Assembly: GCA_963666515.2 (NCBI GenBank)
Contig: OY762897.2
Span: 4,576,001-4,640,000 of the forward strand
Reading direction: 5' to 3'
Source of the DNA: Candidatus Binatia bacterium
Lineage (GTDB): Bacteria > Desulfobacterota > Binatia > UBA9968 > JAJDTQ01
Length of the DNA stretch: 64,000 bases
The position numbers were made by a program, and so were the translations under genes. The first letter of the stretch is position 1, and each line of letters opens with the position of its first letter. Below, in pieces: positions 37,405 through 47,668 of the stretch. The notes beneath the pieces are model-generated. The model ran no database searches and had not been told where the DNA came from. It saw only the letters and a list, made by a program, of their open reading frames with translations.

Positions 37405-37803
37405 CTTGTTCTAAGCGTTCGCATGAACAGAAGCCGGACAAGGAGCCAGAGCTACGCTCAAAACTGGTGCACGGGCAGAGTTCGAGGAGGCGGCGCAACT
37501 CTGCTGAAATGGGGTTTGAAGACCAATGTTGCAGCGAGAAAGGAAAAGCAAATAGGAAAACCAGTAAGGTTTACAGGGTTCGCCTACGCGTAAAGTGCTG
37601 CCTTAAACCCCCAAACCGGAAGCCCGCGGGCACCCCTGCCGGTGCCATAGCAGCCCTACCGTCATGTCCCGGCAGTCAGCAGGGGTGCCTTGAGGTTTTC
37701 GACACAAGGCAATCCAGCACCCCTCCACCGAGTTGGGAGTTCAGCTTCCAGTCAAAGTCGCCTGGGGCTTGGAAAAGTACATACAGATCAAACACTCCTG
37801 ACC

Positions 37804-38940
37804 TCACCCTTTCTCCCCAACCCCCTCCCGCGTCTCCTCCACCACCAGGTCCACCACCGCGCGTAGCGCCTCCGCGTCGGTGTCTCCTTCCAGGCGGCGC
37901 AGGCGGTACAGGTCCACTTGGCGGTCGGCGGCGGCGCCTTCGCGGATGATGGCGAGGGTGTGGCGCACTTCGGCCTCGCAGCCCAGGGCGCGAGCGTCGT
38001 CGGCCAGTTCTTCCACCAGTTCGGCGGCGAAGTCCGCGACGTCCTTGCGGCCTCCGTGCTCGGTGTCGCCGTGGAAGCCGAGCACGCCATATCGTTGGGC
38101 GAGCCAGCGGTTCTCGGCGATAATCTCGGTGGGCGGTTCCTGCGGCAGGGCGCCGTCGCGGTCGAGGCGCGACAGGCGTCGGATGAGACACGCGTACAGG
38201 GCGGCGATGCACATGGCATCGTCGATGCGCGGGCATATGTCGCAGATGCGCAACTCGATGGTGGGGAAGCGCACGGACGGGCGGATGTCCCACCACAACT
38301 CGGTGCCGTCGCCGATGAGTCTCAGGCGCTGGTAGTCGGCTACAAGCTGATCGAATTCGGCCCGGGACCACAGGGGACCCGGCACGCCGGTGCGCGGCAA
38401 CGCTCCGAGCAGTGTCAGCCGGTAGGACTTGAACCCGGTCTCCCGCCCGCCGCTGAAGGGCGACGAACCGGAAAGGGCGTGCAGCAGCGGCATGTAGCGC
38501 CGCATGGCCGTCATGACGCGGATGCGCGAGTCGGCGTCGCCGAAGCTCGCGTGGATGTGCATGGCGCTCACCAGGAACCGGCGCGCGTCCTCCTGGAACT
38601 GGTTGGCCAGCCGTTGGTACCGTTCCTTGGGGGTGTGCATCTGGGATTCCCACGCCGCGAAGGGGTGGGTCGACGCGGCCATCACCGCGGCGCCGTGCCG
38701 GCGCGCGCCCTCGGCCGCGATGGCGCGCGTCTCTTGAAGCGCGCCGCGCAGCTCGGCCACCGACTCGCATACGCGCGTGTTGCATTCGATCTGGGAGCGA
38801 ATGAACTCGTGGACGAACAAGTGGGGCCCGCGGTTCTTCTCACACCAGTCGAAGATCCCGGGATCCGGGTCGGCGATCATGTCCCGGGTTTCCGGGTCGA
38901 CCAGAAAGAACTCTTCCTCGATGCCGAAGGTGATGTCCAT
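37804..38940 (-). CDS. ybdK: Carboxylate-amine ligase (GCS2/YbdK family)
   Basis: FGIEEEFFLVD, ASTHPF, MHIH, LWWDIRPS, TIELRICD, ENRWLAQRYG. Confidence 0.9.
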   Translation of the reverse strand: MDITFGIEEEFFLVDPETRDMIADPDPGIFDWCEKNRGPHLFVHEFIRSQIECNTRVCESVAELRGALQETRAIAAEGARRHGAAVMAASTHPFAAWESQMHTPKERYQRLANQFQEDARRFLVSAMHIHASFGDADSRIRVMTAMRRYMPLLHALSGSSPFSGGRETGFKSYRLTLLGALPRTGVPGPLWSRAEFDQLVADYQRLRLIGDGTELWWDIRPSVRFPTIELRICDICPRIDDAMCIAALYACLIRRLSRLDRDGALPQEPPTEIIAENRWLAQRYGVLGFHGDTEHGGRKDVADFAAELVEELADDARALGCEAEVRHTLAIIREGAAADRQVDLYRLRRLEGDTDAEALRAVVDLVVEETREGVGEKG

Positions 38941-39166
38941 GAGTTCACCCGATTTGGTGCTGGTTCCGTTGCCTTCCCTTGCCCGACCGTTGCTTTCCTT
39001 TATCCTATCTTACCATAACCGCGATGTGGCCCGAGTTTCCAGGTTCCGTTTCACTTTATCTTCTTTCGAGGGTCACCCAATCGCAACAACGGACGGCTAA
39101 GGATGAACGTGTGGTCGCCCTCGGACCTTCTCAGAAACCGAAACAGTACGAAAAGGGAGGACAGTC

Positions 39167-41068
39167 ATGGCAGGCACCGCCGAAAGGCACGAAGCATCAA
39201 CCGACGAGTTCGACGAGGCTCGCGATTCGCAACCCGCGGAAACCGATTTCGCCAGGCTGGCCGCCAGGGCCGTCTCCCGGCGCGGTTTCCTGAGCGGCAG
39301 CGCCGCCTTCGCGGCCTCCGCGTTCGTCATGAGCACCGGGGTGCTGAAGCCCCTGGCCGCTCTCGCCAGCAACAGCCGCTTCGGCTTCGAGGCGGTGGCG
39401 GCCAATACCCTGGACACCGTTACGGTTCCCAAGGGCTACAGTTGGCACGTGGTGGCCAGGTGGGGTGATCCCCTGTGGTCGCGCGGCACGGATTTCGACC
39501 AGGTGACCCGCGGCACCGGCGCCAGCCAGGAGCTGGCCTTCGGCGACAACAACGACGGTATGGCGCTGTTCAACCACCGCGGCCGGAACGTGCTCGCGGT
39601 CAACAACGAGTACGTGAACCTGGGCATCATCTTCGGCGGCAAGGGTTCGGGCAAGCCCGCCAACGCCGACGACGTGCGCAAGGGCAAGGCCGGACACGGC
39701 GTGTCCGTGCTGGAGATCGCCCGCAAGGGCGGCCAGTGGTCCATCGTCAAGGACTCTCCGTACAACCGCCGGATCACGCCGGATACTCCGATGGAGATCA
39801 CCGGGCCGGCCCGGGGCCACGCGCTGCTCAAGACCGCTGCCGACCCTGCGGGCGCCCGCAGCTTCGGCACCTGGAACAACTGCGGCAACGGCCGCACCCC
39901 CTGGGGCACCTATCTCGCGTGCGAGGAGAACTTCCACGACTATTTCTCGTCCAGCGATCCGGACATCAAGGTGTCCTCCGAGCTCAAGCGCTACGGCGTG
40001 GGCGCCAAGGACGAGGGCTACGCCTGGGCCGCCACCGACGAACGCTTCGACATCGCCAAGCATCCCAACGAGCCCAACCGCGCCGGCTACATCGTCGAGA
40101 TCGATCCGCTGGACCCCAAGTCCACCCCGAAGAAACGCACCGCCCTCGGCCGCTTCAAGCATGAGAACGCCGAGGTGGTGCTGGCCGCCAACGGCCAGGT
40201 GGTGGTCTACATGGGCGACGACGAGCGCGGCGAGTTTCTCTACAAGTTCGTGAGCGAAGGGCGCTACGCGGAGGGCGGCAACAACGCCGACCTGCTGGAA
40301 ACCGGCAAGCTCTACGTGGCCAAGTTCGCCGACGGCGGCCGGGGCCAATGGCTGGAGCTGACCCCCGAGGCCGCGGGTATGGCTTCCATGGCGGAGGTCT
40401 GCATCCATACCCGCATCGCCGCCTCCGCGGTGAAGGCCACGACCATGGACCGCCCCGAATGGGTGGCGGCGAACCCGAGGAAGGCCGAGGTCTACTGCGC
40501 CCTCACCAACAACAAGAACCGCGGCAAGAAGCCCAACGCCGGCGGCGACCCGACTCCCGTGGGCGGGCCCAACCCCCGCGCCGGCAACCGCTACGGCCAG
40601 ATCGTGCGCTGGCGGCCCGACGGCGGTAACCACTTGGCCACCGGGTTCGCCTGGGACCTGTACGTGATGGCGGGTAACCCCGGTGTCCACAGCGACGCCA
40701 ACGCCGGCTCGAAGAACGTCAACAAGGACAACATGTTCAACTCCCCCGACGGCCTCGCCTTCGACCGCAACGGCATGCTGTGGATCCAGACCGACGGCAA
40801 CTACTCCAACGCCAAGCGTTTCGCCGGACAGGGCAACAACCAGATGCTGGTGGGTGACCCGGTGACCGGCGAGATCCGCCGCTTCCTGGTGGGTCCCAGG
40901 CAGTGCGAGGTCACCGGCATCGCCTGGAGCGCTGACCGAAGGACCCTGTTCGTCGGCATCCAGCATCCCGGCGAGGAGGGCGACAGCCACTTCCCCGACG
41001 GCGGCGACACCGTCCCCCGCTCGGCCGTGATCGCGGTGACCCGCGACGACGGCGGCCTGATCGGCTGA
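39167..41068 (+). CDS. phoX: PhoX-family alkaline phosphatase, Tat-exported
   Basis: SRRGFL Tat motif; NCGNGRTPWGTYLACEEN, GRFKHE, MDRPE, SPDGL, IQHPGE. Confidence 0.93.
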   Translation: MAGTAERHEASTDEFDEARDSQPAETDFARLAARAVSRRGFLSGSAAFAASAFVMSTGVLKPLAALASNSRFGFEAVAANTLDTVTVPKGYSWHVVARWGDPLWSRGTDFDQVTRGTGASQELAFGDNNDGMALFNHRGRNVLAVNNEYVNLGIIFGGKGSGKPANADDVRKGKAGHGVSVLEIARKGGQWSIVKDSPYNRRITPDTPMEITGPARGHALLKTAADPAGARSFGTWNNCGNGRTPWGTYLACEENFHDYFSSSDPDIKVSSELKRYGVGAKDEGYAWAATDERFDIAKHPNEPNRAGYIVEIDPLDPKSTPKKRTALGRFKHENAEVVLAANGQVVVYMGDDERGEFLYKFVSEGRYAEGGNNADLLETGKLYVAKFADGGRGQWLELTPEAAGMASMAEVCIHTRIAASAVKATTMDRPEWVAANPRKAEVYCALTNNKNRGKKPNAGGDPTPVGGPNPRAGNRYGQIVRWRPDGGNHLATGFAWDLYVMAGNPGVHSDANAGSKNVNKDNMFNSPDGLAFDRNGMLWIQTDGNYSNAKRFAGQGNNQMLVGDPVTGEIRRFLVGPRQCEVTGIAWSADRRTLFVGIQHPGEEGDSHFPDGGDTVPRSAVIAVTRDDGGLIG

Positions 41069-41099
41069 GCCGCCGTTCCGTGGAGTGACGCCCCTCCAC

Positions 41100-41202
41100 C
41101 CGTCATTCCGGCGAAAGCCGGAATCCAGGGGAGGAGGCGTGTGGCGGCTGTGCTTCCCCCGGCCCCACCCCTCCTGGATTCCGGCTTTCGCCGGAATGAC
41201 GG
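41100..41202. repeat. Inverted REP pair (REPIN-like, CGTC family)
   Basis: CCGTCATTCCGGCGAAAGCCGGAATCCAGG ... CCTGGATTCCGGCTTTCGCCGGAATGACGG. Confidence 0.9.
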
Positions 41203-41333
41203 GGGCAGGGCCTTGGCGAGGTGTTCGGTGACAAGGTTGCAGACGGGAACCCGACGTTGTATATGGGCGGTCTGCGGTGAAGCGATTCACCGGTCCCGAC
41301 ATCCGGGCATCGGATGGGATCGCCGACGTGAGC

Positions 41334-42083
41334 ATGATCACGGCCAATCAAGCAATCCTTTCCCTCCTGGCCTTGGCGTTCTCCCTGACCCTGCTCCACT
41401 CCGATGGCTGGGCCTGCACGAACGCCGGAGGCGCGAGCGCGGAAGCCGACTGCAAGCAGGAAGAGGGCGCCCGATCCCGTCAGGACCACGAATCCCCGGT
41501 CCGCGACGACCCCGGACGGATGGTCCACATCGAGCGGATGACGTGCCAGGACGGGGCGGTGGCCCGGTGGCACCCCGTGGACCGCGACGTGGTGACCTTC
41601 AGGGTCAACGATTGGGCCGGCGTGTCCCTCGAGGTGGCGCTGGCTGTGCGCCGCGGCGTGCTGCAGTGGAACCGGGTGCAGCCGTTCTATGCCATGTGGG
41701 AAACGGGGAACAAGGAGGCCGATATCACCATCGAGTTGTACGACGACGTGTTGCCCGGGATCGTAGGCGCCACCAAGGTGAAATGCCGCAACGGCCGGGA
41801 AGGCATCCGCAAGGCGTACGTCTACCTCGGGCTCCGGGGGGTGGGCGCCGTGGAGGCCCAGAACATGACCGCGCACGAGATCGGGCACGCCATGGGGTTG
41901 GGCCATTCGAACCGCAGCCACGACCTCATGGACGCCGAGCTGGCGGAGAAGGACATCGACGAGCGGATGATATGCCCCAGCAACCTCAATCGGGCGGGAC
42001 TGATCGCGGGAACGCACTCCTACGCGATTCCCGAGAAGGAGTGGGCCGAGGTGGTCGACTGCTGGGGACGGACCAGCGGATGA
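41334..42083 (+). CDS. Secreted matrixin-like (metzincin) metalloprotease
   Basis: Hydrophobic signal peptide; HEIGHAMGLGH plus Met-turn DLM. Confidence 0.78.
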   Translation: MITANQAILSLLALAFSLTLLHSDGWACTNAGGASAEADCKQEEGARSRQDHESPVRDDPGRMVHIERMTCQDGAVARWHPVDRDVVTFRVNDWAGVSLEVALAVRRGVLQWNRVQPFYAMWETGNKEADITIELYDDVLPGIVGATKVKCRNGREGIRKAYVYLGLRGVGAVEAQNMTAHEIGHAMGLGHSNRSHDLMDAELAEKDIDERMICPSNLNRAGLIAGTHSYAIPEKEWAEVVDCWGRTSG

Positions 42084-42880
42084 GGCCCGTCGACTGCACC
42101 ATCCCGTCCGCCTTGACCGATTTTCCTGACATCGAAAAGGCTCTGGAGGGCAGACCGGCCGCCGTGTTCCTCGACTACGACGGCACGCTGACTCCCATCG
42201 TGGACACGCCTGCGCAGGCCGTGCTTTCCGAGGCCATGCGCGAGACCGTTCGCCGCCTCGGCGACCGTTGCGTCACGGCCGTGGTCAGTGGACGCGCGCT
42301 CGATGACGTGCAGGAACGGGTCGGGCTCGACAATCTCTTCTACGCCGGGAGCCACGGTTTCGATATCGTCGGGCCGGCGGGTTCCGGCATCCGACACCAG
42401 GTCGGGCAGGAGTTCCTCCCGGCGATCGAGGAGTTGGACCGGCGGCTCCACGGCGCCCTCGCGCAAGTCCCGGGCGTGTTGCTGGAGACCAAGGGCTACT
42501 CGATATCCGTTCACTACCGGCTTGCGGAAGAGGCTGCGGTGCCGGAGGTCGAAGCCGTGGTCGACGATCTCCTGCAAGACTCCCCCAGGCTCCGCAAGAA
42601 CCATGGCAGGAAGGTGTTCGAGATCAGGCCCTGCTTCGCTTGGAACAAGGGCAAGGCGGAGGAGTGGATCCTCCAGGTCCTTGGAGGCGGTCACGTACCC
42701 TTCCACCTCGGCGACGATACCACCGACGAGGATGCCTTCGAGTTCGTGGTCTGCAGGGGGGTGGGGATCCTCGTGGCGGACGAGCCCAGGCCGACGGCGG
42801 CGCGTTACCGTCTCCAGGACCCCGCCGCGGTGGGACGGTTCCTCGAACGCCTTGCGCGGGCGGTCCATGAGCCCGGGTGA
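42080..42880 (+). CDS. otsB: Trehalose-6-phosphate phosphatase
   Basis: FLDYDGTLTPIV, VSGR, YAGSHG, VHYR, EIRP..WNKG, GDDTTDEDAF. Confidence 0.93.
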   Translation: MRPVDCTIPSALTDFPDIEKALEGRPAAVFLDYDGTLTPIVDTPAQAVLSEAMRETVRRLGDRCVTAVVSGRALDDVQERVGLDNLFYAGSHGFDIVGPAGSGIRHQVGQEFLPAIEELDRRLHGALAQVPGVLLETKGYSISVHYRLAEEAAVPEVEAVVDDLLQDSPRLRKNHGRKVFEIRPCFAWNKGKAEEWILQVLGGGHVPFHLGDDTTDEDAFEFVVCRGVGILVADEPRPTAARYRLQDPAAVGRFLERLARAVHEPG

Positions 42881-42922
42881 CACCGGCCCGGGTGGGATGC
42901 CGGCGCGGACGTGCGCCGATCC

Positions 42923-44140
42923 ATGATGGAGGACCGGCGCGAACAGTTCTGGAGCCGGCTTCGGGCCGCGGGAATCCCCGGCGTTCCGGACGAGTTCTCG
43001 GTGACCTTCGCGCACCAGGCGGTCCCGGCCGCGGTGCTGGCGGAGATCGACGGCTTCATCCGCGTGTTCGAGGACGTCACCACCCGGCCGGTCTGGCGGG
43101 AGAGCGTCATCGCCTCGTCCGGACACGGCCTGCCGGCGCAACGGCCGGAGGTGTGTTTCTTCAGCGCCTGGGACTTTCACCTGCCTCCCGACGGGCCATG
43201 GCAGGTCATCGAGTTCAACGACAACGGCTCCGGTCTCCTGTACGCCGGCCTCATCAACGAATCGTTCCACGCCCTCATGGAGCCTGCTTCGCAGGCGTCC
43301 CTTGAAGCCCCCCCGGCCGCCGCCGATCTCGGCCGCCGCATCAAGCAGATGGTGCGCCGGGAAGCCGAGGAGTTTTTCGGCGCCATGCCCGACGGACTCT
43401 TCCTCATCCTCGATGAGCCAGAAGCCCTGGAGCGGGGCAAGTTCGGCGGCGAGATGGAGATGCTGCGAGAACTCTTCCGGGAGGAGGGGTGGCCCGCGGA
43501 CGTGACCTCGACCGCCGACCTGCGCTGGGACGGCGAGCGGCTTTGGCGCCGCGGAGAGCCGGTGTCGTTCATCGTGAACCGTTCCACCGACTTCTTCCTG
43601 GAGAAGGAGACCACCCGCCCGTTGCGGGATGCCTTCCTGCACGGCTGCGTGTACGTCGCGCCCAATCCTTTCACCTACGCCACGCGGAGCGACAAGCGGC
43701 TGCTGGAGTTCCTTTCGCTCCCGTCGTGGGACCGGGAGCTGGGGATCGAAGCGGGCGAGCGGGAAGTGCTCAGCCGGCACATCCCCGAGACCCATCTGCT
43801 CAGGGCCGACAACGTCGAAGCCATCGTCGAGGACCGGCACCGGTTCGTGTTCAAGCCGATCCGCAGCCACGCCAGCCGGGGGTTCCTGCCCAGCGCGCGG
43901 GTCGGGCGTTCGCGGTTGCAGCGGCTGGTGCGGCGGGGCGAAGGCTACGTCGCCCAGAGGAAGGTGGGGCGGCCCGAGATCCAGCTCGACGACGGTTCGT
44001 CCGTGTGGGCGGACCTCCGGGTATGGGCCTACCGGGGCGAGCGCGTCCTCCTGTCGGGGCGCACCTCCGTCGCCGAGGATTCGCTGGACCTGAGGCCCCC
44101 CGCCGGGTGGCTTCCCACCTTTGCCGCAGGGTCCGGTTGA
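42923..44140 (+). CDS. ATP-grasp ligase (glutathionylspermidine synthase-like / circularly permuted type)
   Basis: DFHL..IEFNDN, NRSTDF, PNP..SDKRLL, FKP, YVAQ, DLR. Confidence 0.65.
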   Translation: MMEDRREQFWSRLRAAGIPGVPDEFSVTFAHQAVPAAVLAEIDGFIRVFEDVTTRPVWRESVIASSGHGLPAQRPEVCFFSAWDFHLPPDGPWQVIEFNDNGSGLLYAGLINESFHALMEPASQASLEAPPAAADLGRRIKQMVRREAEEFFGAMPDGLFLILDEPEALERGKFGGEMEMLRELFREEGWPADVTSTADLRWDGERLWRRGEPVSFIVNRSTDFFLEKETTRPLRDAFLHGCVYVAPNPFTYATRSDKRLLEFLSLPSWDRELGIEAGEREVLSRHIPETHLLRADNVEAIVEDRHRFVFKPIRSHASRGFLPSARVGRSRLQRLVRRGEGYVAQRKVGRPEIQLDDGSSVWADLRVWAYRGERVLLSGRTSVAEDSLDLRPPAGWLPTFAAGSG

Positions 44141-44277
44141 GCAGTTGACCGCCCCGGCGGCGTGGTCTACCAATGGACGAGTTTCGGGAGCCGGCAGGAC
44201 AGCCTCCATGTGACTTCGTCTCCCGACCCCCATTCCGGCGCCGATGCCGGTGAACTTGCCGAACGGAGGAATCGAAC

Positions 44278-45987
44278 ATGATCGAAGTCAACGGACTCAC
44301 GGGCGCGGAGGCGTTCCTGCGCGTCCTGTCGGGCATGGGCGTGGAGCGCATCTTCGCGTCGCCGGGCTCGGAATGGTCGCCGGTGTGGGAGGCGCTGGCC
44401 AAGCCGGACGAGAGCATGCCGGTCTACCTCAGCTCGCGCCACGAAGAGATCGCCCTGGCCATGGCCAGCGGCTACGCCAAGGCCACCGGCAAGCTGCCCG
44501 GGGTCATGATCCACACCACCGTGGGGGCGCTGCACGGCTCCATGGCGCTGCGCGGAGCGCTCCACGAGCAGGTGCCCATGGTGGTCTTCACCGGCGAGTC
44601 CCTCGCCTTCGGCGAGGACGACGGCCCCGACCCCGGCGGCCAGTGGATGCGCTTCCTCTCGGACGTGGGCGGCCCGGCCCGGCTGGTGGACCGGTGCGTC
44701 AAGTGGAGCTTCGGGGTCAACGACAAGCACATCCTGGTCTCCACCATCCAGCGCGCCTGCCAGATGGCCATGAGCTCGCCCCGGGGGCCGGTGTTCGTGT
44801 CGCTGCCCATGGAGTACCTGTTCGACAAGGTGACGCGGGAGGCGCCCTTGAAAGTGTCCATGCCCACCATGCCGAGCCCCGACCCCGAAGGGATCGCCGA
44901 GTTGGCGGGCCTGCTGCGCACCGCGCGCAATCCGGTCATCGTGAGCGAGAACGCCGGCAGCAGCACGGCCATCGTGGAGCGCATGGTGGAGTTGGCGGAG
45001 CTGCTCAACGCGCCGGTGGTGGAGACCCGCAGCAGCGGCTATTTCAACTTCCCGCGCGACCACGATCTGCACGCCGGCTTCGAGCCCGGCGAGTTCATGG
45101 CCGACGCCGACGTGGTGTGCCTCATCGGCGCCACCCAGCCGTGGCATCCGGCCTCGGCGGCCATCGCGCAGGGCGCCAAGGTGGCGGCGCTGGACGAGGA
45201 GCCCCTGCACATGAACCTTCCCTACTGGGGCGTGCAGGTGGACCTGAGCATCGCCGGCGAGCTGGAGGCGTCGCTGAGCGCGCTGCTGGAGCGGCTCCGC
45301 AAGGACGGCGTGGAGGGCGCCGGCGCCGCGGAACGGCGGGCGAAGCTGCGCGAACAGGGCGCGGCGCGGCGGGCGGCGTGGGCCGAGCAGGCGCAAAGCC
45401 TGGAGTCGAAGGAGCCCATGGACACCAACTGGGTGATGTACCAGCTCAACCAGGCGCTGCCCGAGGACGTCTACCTGGTGGAGGAGACCATCACCCACCG
45501 CATGGCGCTGCACCAGTACCTGGACCGGGTGAAGCCCGGCAACTTCTTCAGCGGCTGCATCGGCGGCCTCGGCACCGGCTTGGGCACCGCCCTGGGCGTC
45601 AAGGCCGCGCACCCGGACAAGCCCGTGGTGCTGGTCATCGGCGACGGCTCATTCAACTACAACCCCGGCATCGCCGGCTTCGGCTTCGCCCAGGAATTCC
45701 GCATGCCGATCCTCATCGTGCTCATGAACAACCACGGCTACAAGTCCATGAAGCGCGGCGTCCCCGCGTACTACCCGGACGGCTGGGCGGTGCGCACCAA
45801 CCAGTTCGTGGGCACCTCCATCGCCCCCGCACCGGACTACGCCGCCATCGCCCGGGCCTTCGACGGCTTCGGCGAGCGGGTGCAGAGCCCGGCCGAGGTC
45901 AAGCCGGCCCTCGAACGGGGACTCCAGGCCGCGCGCGACGGACGGGTGGCCCTGGTGGACGTGTGGCTGGAGCCGGTGAACGACTAG
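44278..45987 (+). CDS. Thiamine pyrophosphate-binding enzyme
   Basis: RHEEIALAMASGY, PRGPVFVSLP, GDGSFNY..MNN. Confidence 0.92.
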   Translation: MIEVNGLTGAEAFLRVLSGMGVERIFASPGSEWSPVWEALAKPDESMPVYLSSRHEEIALAMASGYAKATGKLPGVMIHTTVGALHGSMALRGALHEQVPMVVFTGESLAFGEDDGPDPGGQWMRFLSDVGGPARLVDRCVKWSFGVNDKHILVSTIQRACQMAMSSPRGPVFVSLPMEYLFDKVTREAPLKVSMPTMPSPDPEGIAELAGLLRTARNPVIVSENAGSSTAIVERMVELAELLNAPVVETRSSGYFNFPRDHDLHAGFEPGEFMADADVVCLIGATQPWHPASAAIAQGAKVAALDEEPLHMNLPYWGVQVDLSIAGELEASLSALLERLRKDGVEGAGAAERRAKLREQGAARRAAWAEQAQSLESKEPMDTNWVMYQLNQALPEDVYLVEETITHRMALHQYLDRVKPGNFFSGCIGGLGTGLGTALGVKAAHPDKPVVLVIGDGSFNYNPGIAGFGFAQEFRMPILIVLMNNHGYKSMKRGVPAYYPDGWAVRTNQFVGTSIAPAPDYAAIARAFDGFGERVQSPAEVKPALERGLQAARDGRVALVDVWLEPVND

Positions 45988-45998
45988 GGGCATCGTCC

Positions 45999-46904
45999 AT
46001 GAAGATTCTTCGCTTCAATGATGACCGTATCGGCGTCCTCAAGAACGGCGCCAACGTCGTGGACGTGAGCGGCATCATCCAGTACCGTGTGGAGAAAGGC
46101 CCTCAGCGGGTGATGGAGGAGGTGATCGCCAACTTCGACGACTATCGGAAGGAGTTCGAGCGGCTGTGCCGCGAGGGGTCGGGCTTCCCGCTGAGCGTGG
46201 TCAAGCTGCTGGCGCCCATCCCGCGGCCGAGCAAGTGTCTGGCCGCCTTCGTCAACTACCTCGATTCACCCGAGCGCACCCCCGACACCCTGCCCATCGA
46301 GTTCTTCTACAAGGCCCCCGAACTGCTGGGGCCGGAAGGCGCGGTGGAGTTGCCCGACATCCCTGCGGTGGCCGTGACCCAGCCAGAGGCCGAGCTGGCC
46401 TTCGTCATGGGCCCGTGCGGGCGGAACGTCTCCGAGGCCGACGCCATGGACGCCGTGTTCGGCTACGTGCCGTTCTTCGACATCTCGAACCGGGGCATGG
46501 TGCGCCGCACCCAGTTCCTCCCCAAGGGGCAGGGCACCCACAGCCCCTGCGGCCCCTGGATCACCACCGCGGACGAGGTCCCCGACCCCCACGACCTCAC
46601 CGTCAAGTCCTGGGTCGGCGGCAAAGCCCGGCAGGACTACAACACCCGCCACATGGCCCACAAGATCCCCGAGCTGGTCTCATGGCTGTCGCGTTTCGTC
46701 CAGCTCCAGCCCGGCGACGTCATCGCCACCGGCACCTACCACGTGGGCCTCGGCCCCATGAACGACGGCGACACCCTGGAGATCGAAATCGAGAAGCTCG
46801 GCAAGGCCCGCTTCACGGTCAAGGCCGACGGCCCGCGCAAGGACGTGGAGTGGATCCCGGGCAAGTCGCAGCCGCCCGCCGGGGGCGGGATGTCGAAGGT
46901 GTAA
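45999..46904 (+). CDS. Fumarylacetoacetate hydrolase family protein
   Basis: PEAELA, DISNRG, GPWITTADE, LQPGDVIATGT. Confidence 0.9.
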   Translation: MKILRFNDDRIGVLKNGANVVDVSGIIQYRVEKGPQRVMEEVIANFDDYRKEFERLCREGSGFPLSVVKLLAPIPRPSKCLAAFVNYLDSPERTPDTLPIEFFYKAPELLGPEGAVELPDIPAVAVTQPEAELAFVMGPCGRNVSEADAMDAVFGYVPFFDISNRGMVRRTQFLPKGQGTHSPCGPWITTADEVPDPHDLTVKSWVGGKARQDYNTRHMAHKIPELVSWLSRFVQLQPGDVIATGTYHVGLGPMNDGDTLEIEIEKLGKARFTVKADGPRKDVEWIPGKSQPPAGGGMSKV

Positions 46905-46914
46905 AAGGACCGGC

Positions 46915-46950
46915 CGATGAACCCCATGTAGGGGCGCCCGCGGTCGCCCT
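46915..46950. repeat. GTAG-family REP copy
   Basis: Shares CGATGAACCCCATGTAGGGGCG with 29111-29132. Confidence 0.8.
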
Positions 46951-46962
46951 GGCGGCGTCCTG

Positions 46963-47560
46963 CTAGTCCCGTTTCATTTCGGTCAGCTCGGTCCGCAGTG
47001 CGCGGATCTCGGCCTGCAGGTCCGCGAGTGTGGGTTCGGGGGTGGACGCTCCGGGTTTCTTGGCGTCGAGTTCTCCATGCCCGTGCGTCTGCATCGCGTC
47101 GACGATGATGCCGATGAACAGGTTCAGCACGGCGAACGAGGTGATCAGGATGAACGGCACGAAGAAGAGCCAGGCGTGCGGAAACACCTCCATCACCGGT
47201 CGCACGATGCCCATCGACCAGCTTTCTAGGGTCATGATCTGGAACAGGGTATAGGCCGAGCTGCCGATGGTGCCGAACCAGTCCGGAAAGCGGTCGGCGA
47301 ACAGGTTGGTGGCCATGACCGAGAACACGAAGTAGATCACCGACAGCAGCATCACTACCGAACCCATGCCCGGCACCGCGTGGAGCAGTGCGCCGACCAC
47401 CCGGCGCATGGAGGGCACGGCGGAGATCAGCCGGAAGACCCGCAGAATCCTGAGGGCCCTCATCACTGAGAGGAACTCGGTGGCCGGTATCAGCGCGATG
47501 GTGACCACGATGGTGTCGAAGTGGTTCCAGGGATTGCGAACGAAGTCGCGGCGCTGGCCG
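46963..47560 (-). pseudogene. 5'-truncated second copy of the voltage-gated Na+ channel gene
   Basis: About 600 bp nearly identical to 51239-51836; S1-S2 missing; frame otherwise intact. Confidence 0.88.
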
Positions 47561-47668
47561 CTAGCGTCCATGCAGTGGCGGAAGGCTGGGGATGGGGAAA
47601 ACGATGTCGAAGGCGTTGGTCGACCGTGATCGCCCAGGGGTGTGGCGGGCGTAGCCACGAAGCTAAAC

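Noticed and set aside
37474-37775. Retron msr-msd, 6S RNA, riboswitch or IS200/605 guide RNA
   Set aside because: No RT, TnpB or IscB nearby and no consensus I can match; kept only as an unassigned structured region
39071-39090. Pho box upstream of phoX (GTCAC..GCAAC, 11-bp spacing)
   Set aside because: Match to consensus too weak to support
41141-42880. 579-aa OtsB with long N-terminal extension
   Set aside because: The extension overlaps a REP and the matrixin gene in another frame; ATG 42080 fits normal OtsB
44244-46904. 886-aa ORF suggesting a large FAH fusion
   Set aside because: The N-terminal part is an off-frame overlap of the TPP gene; the FAH protein starts at 45999
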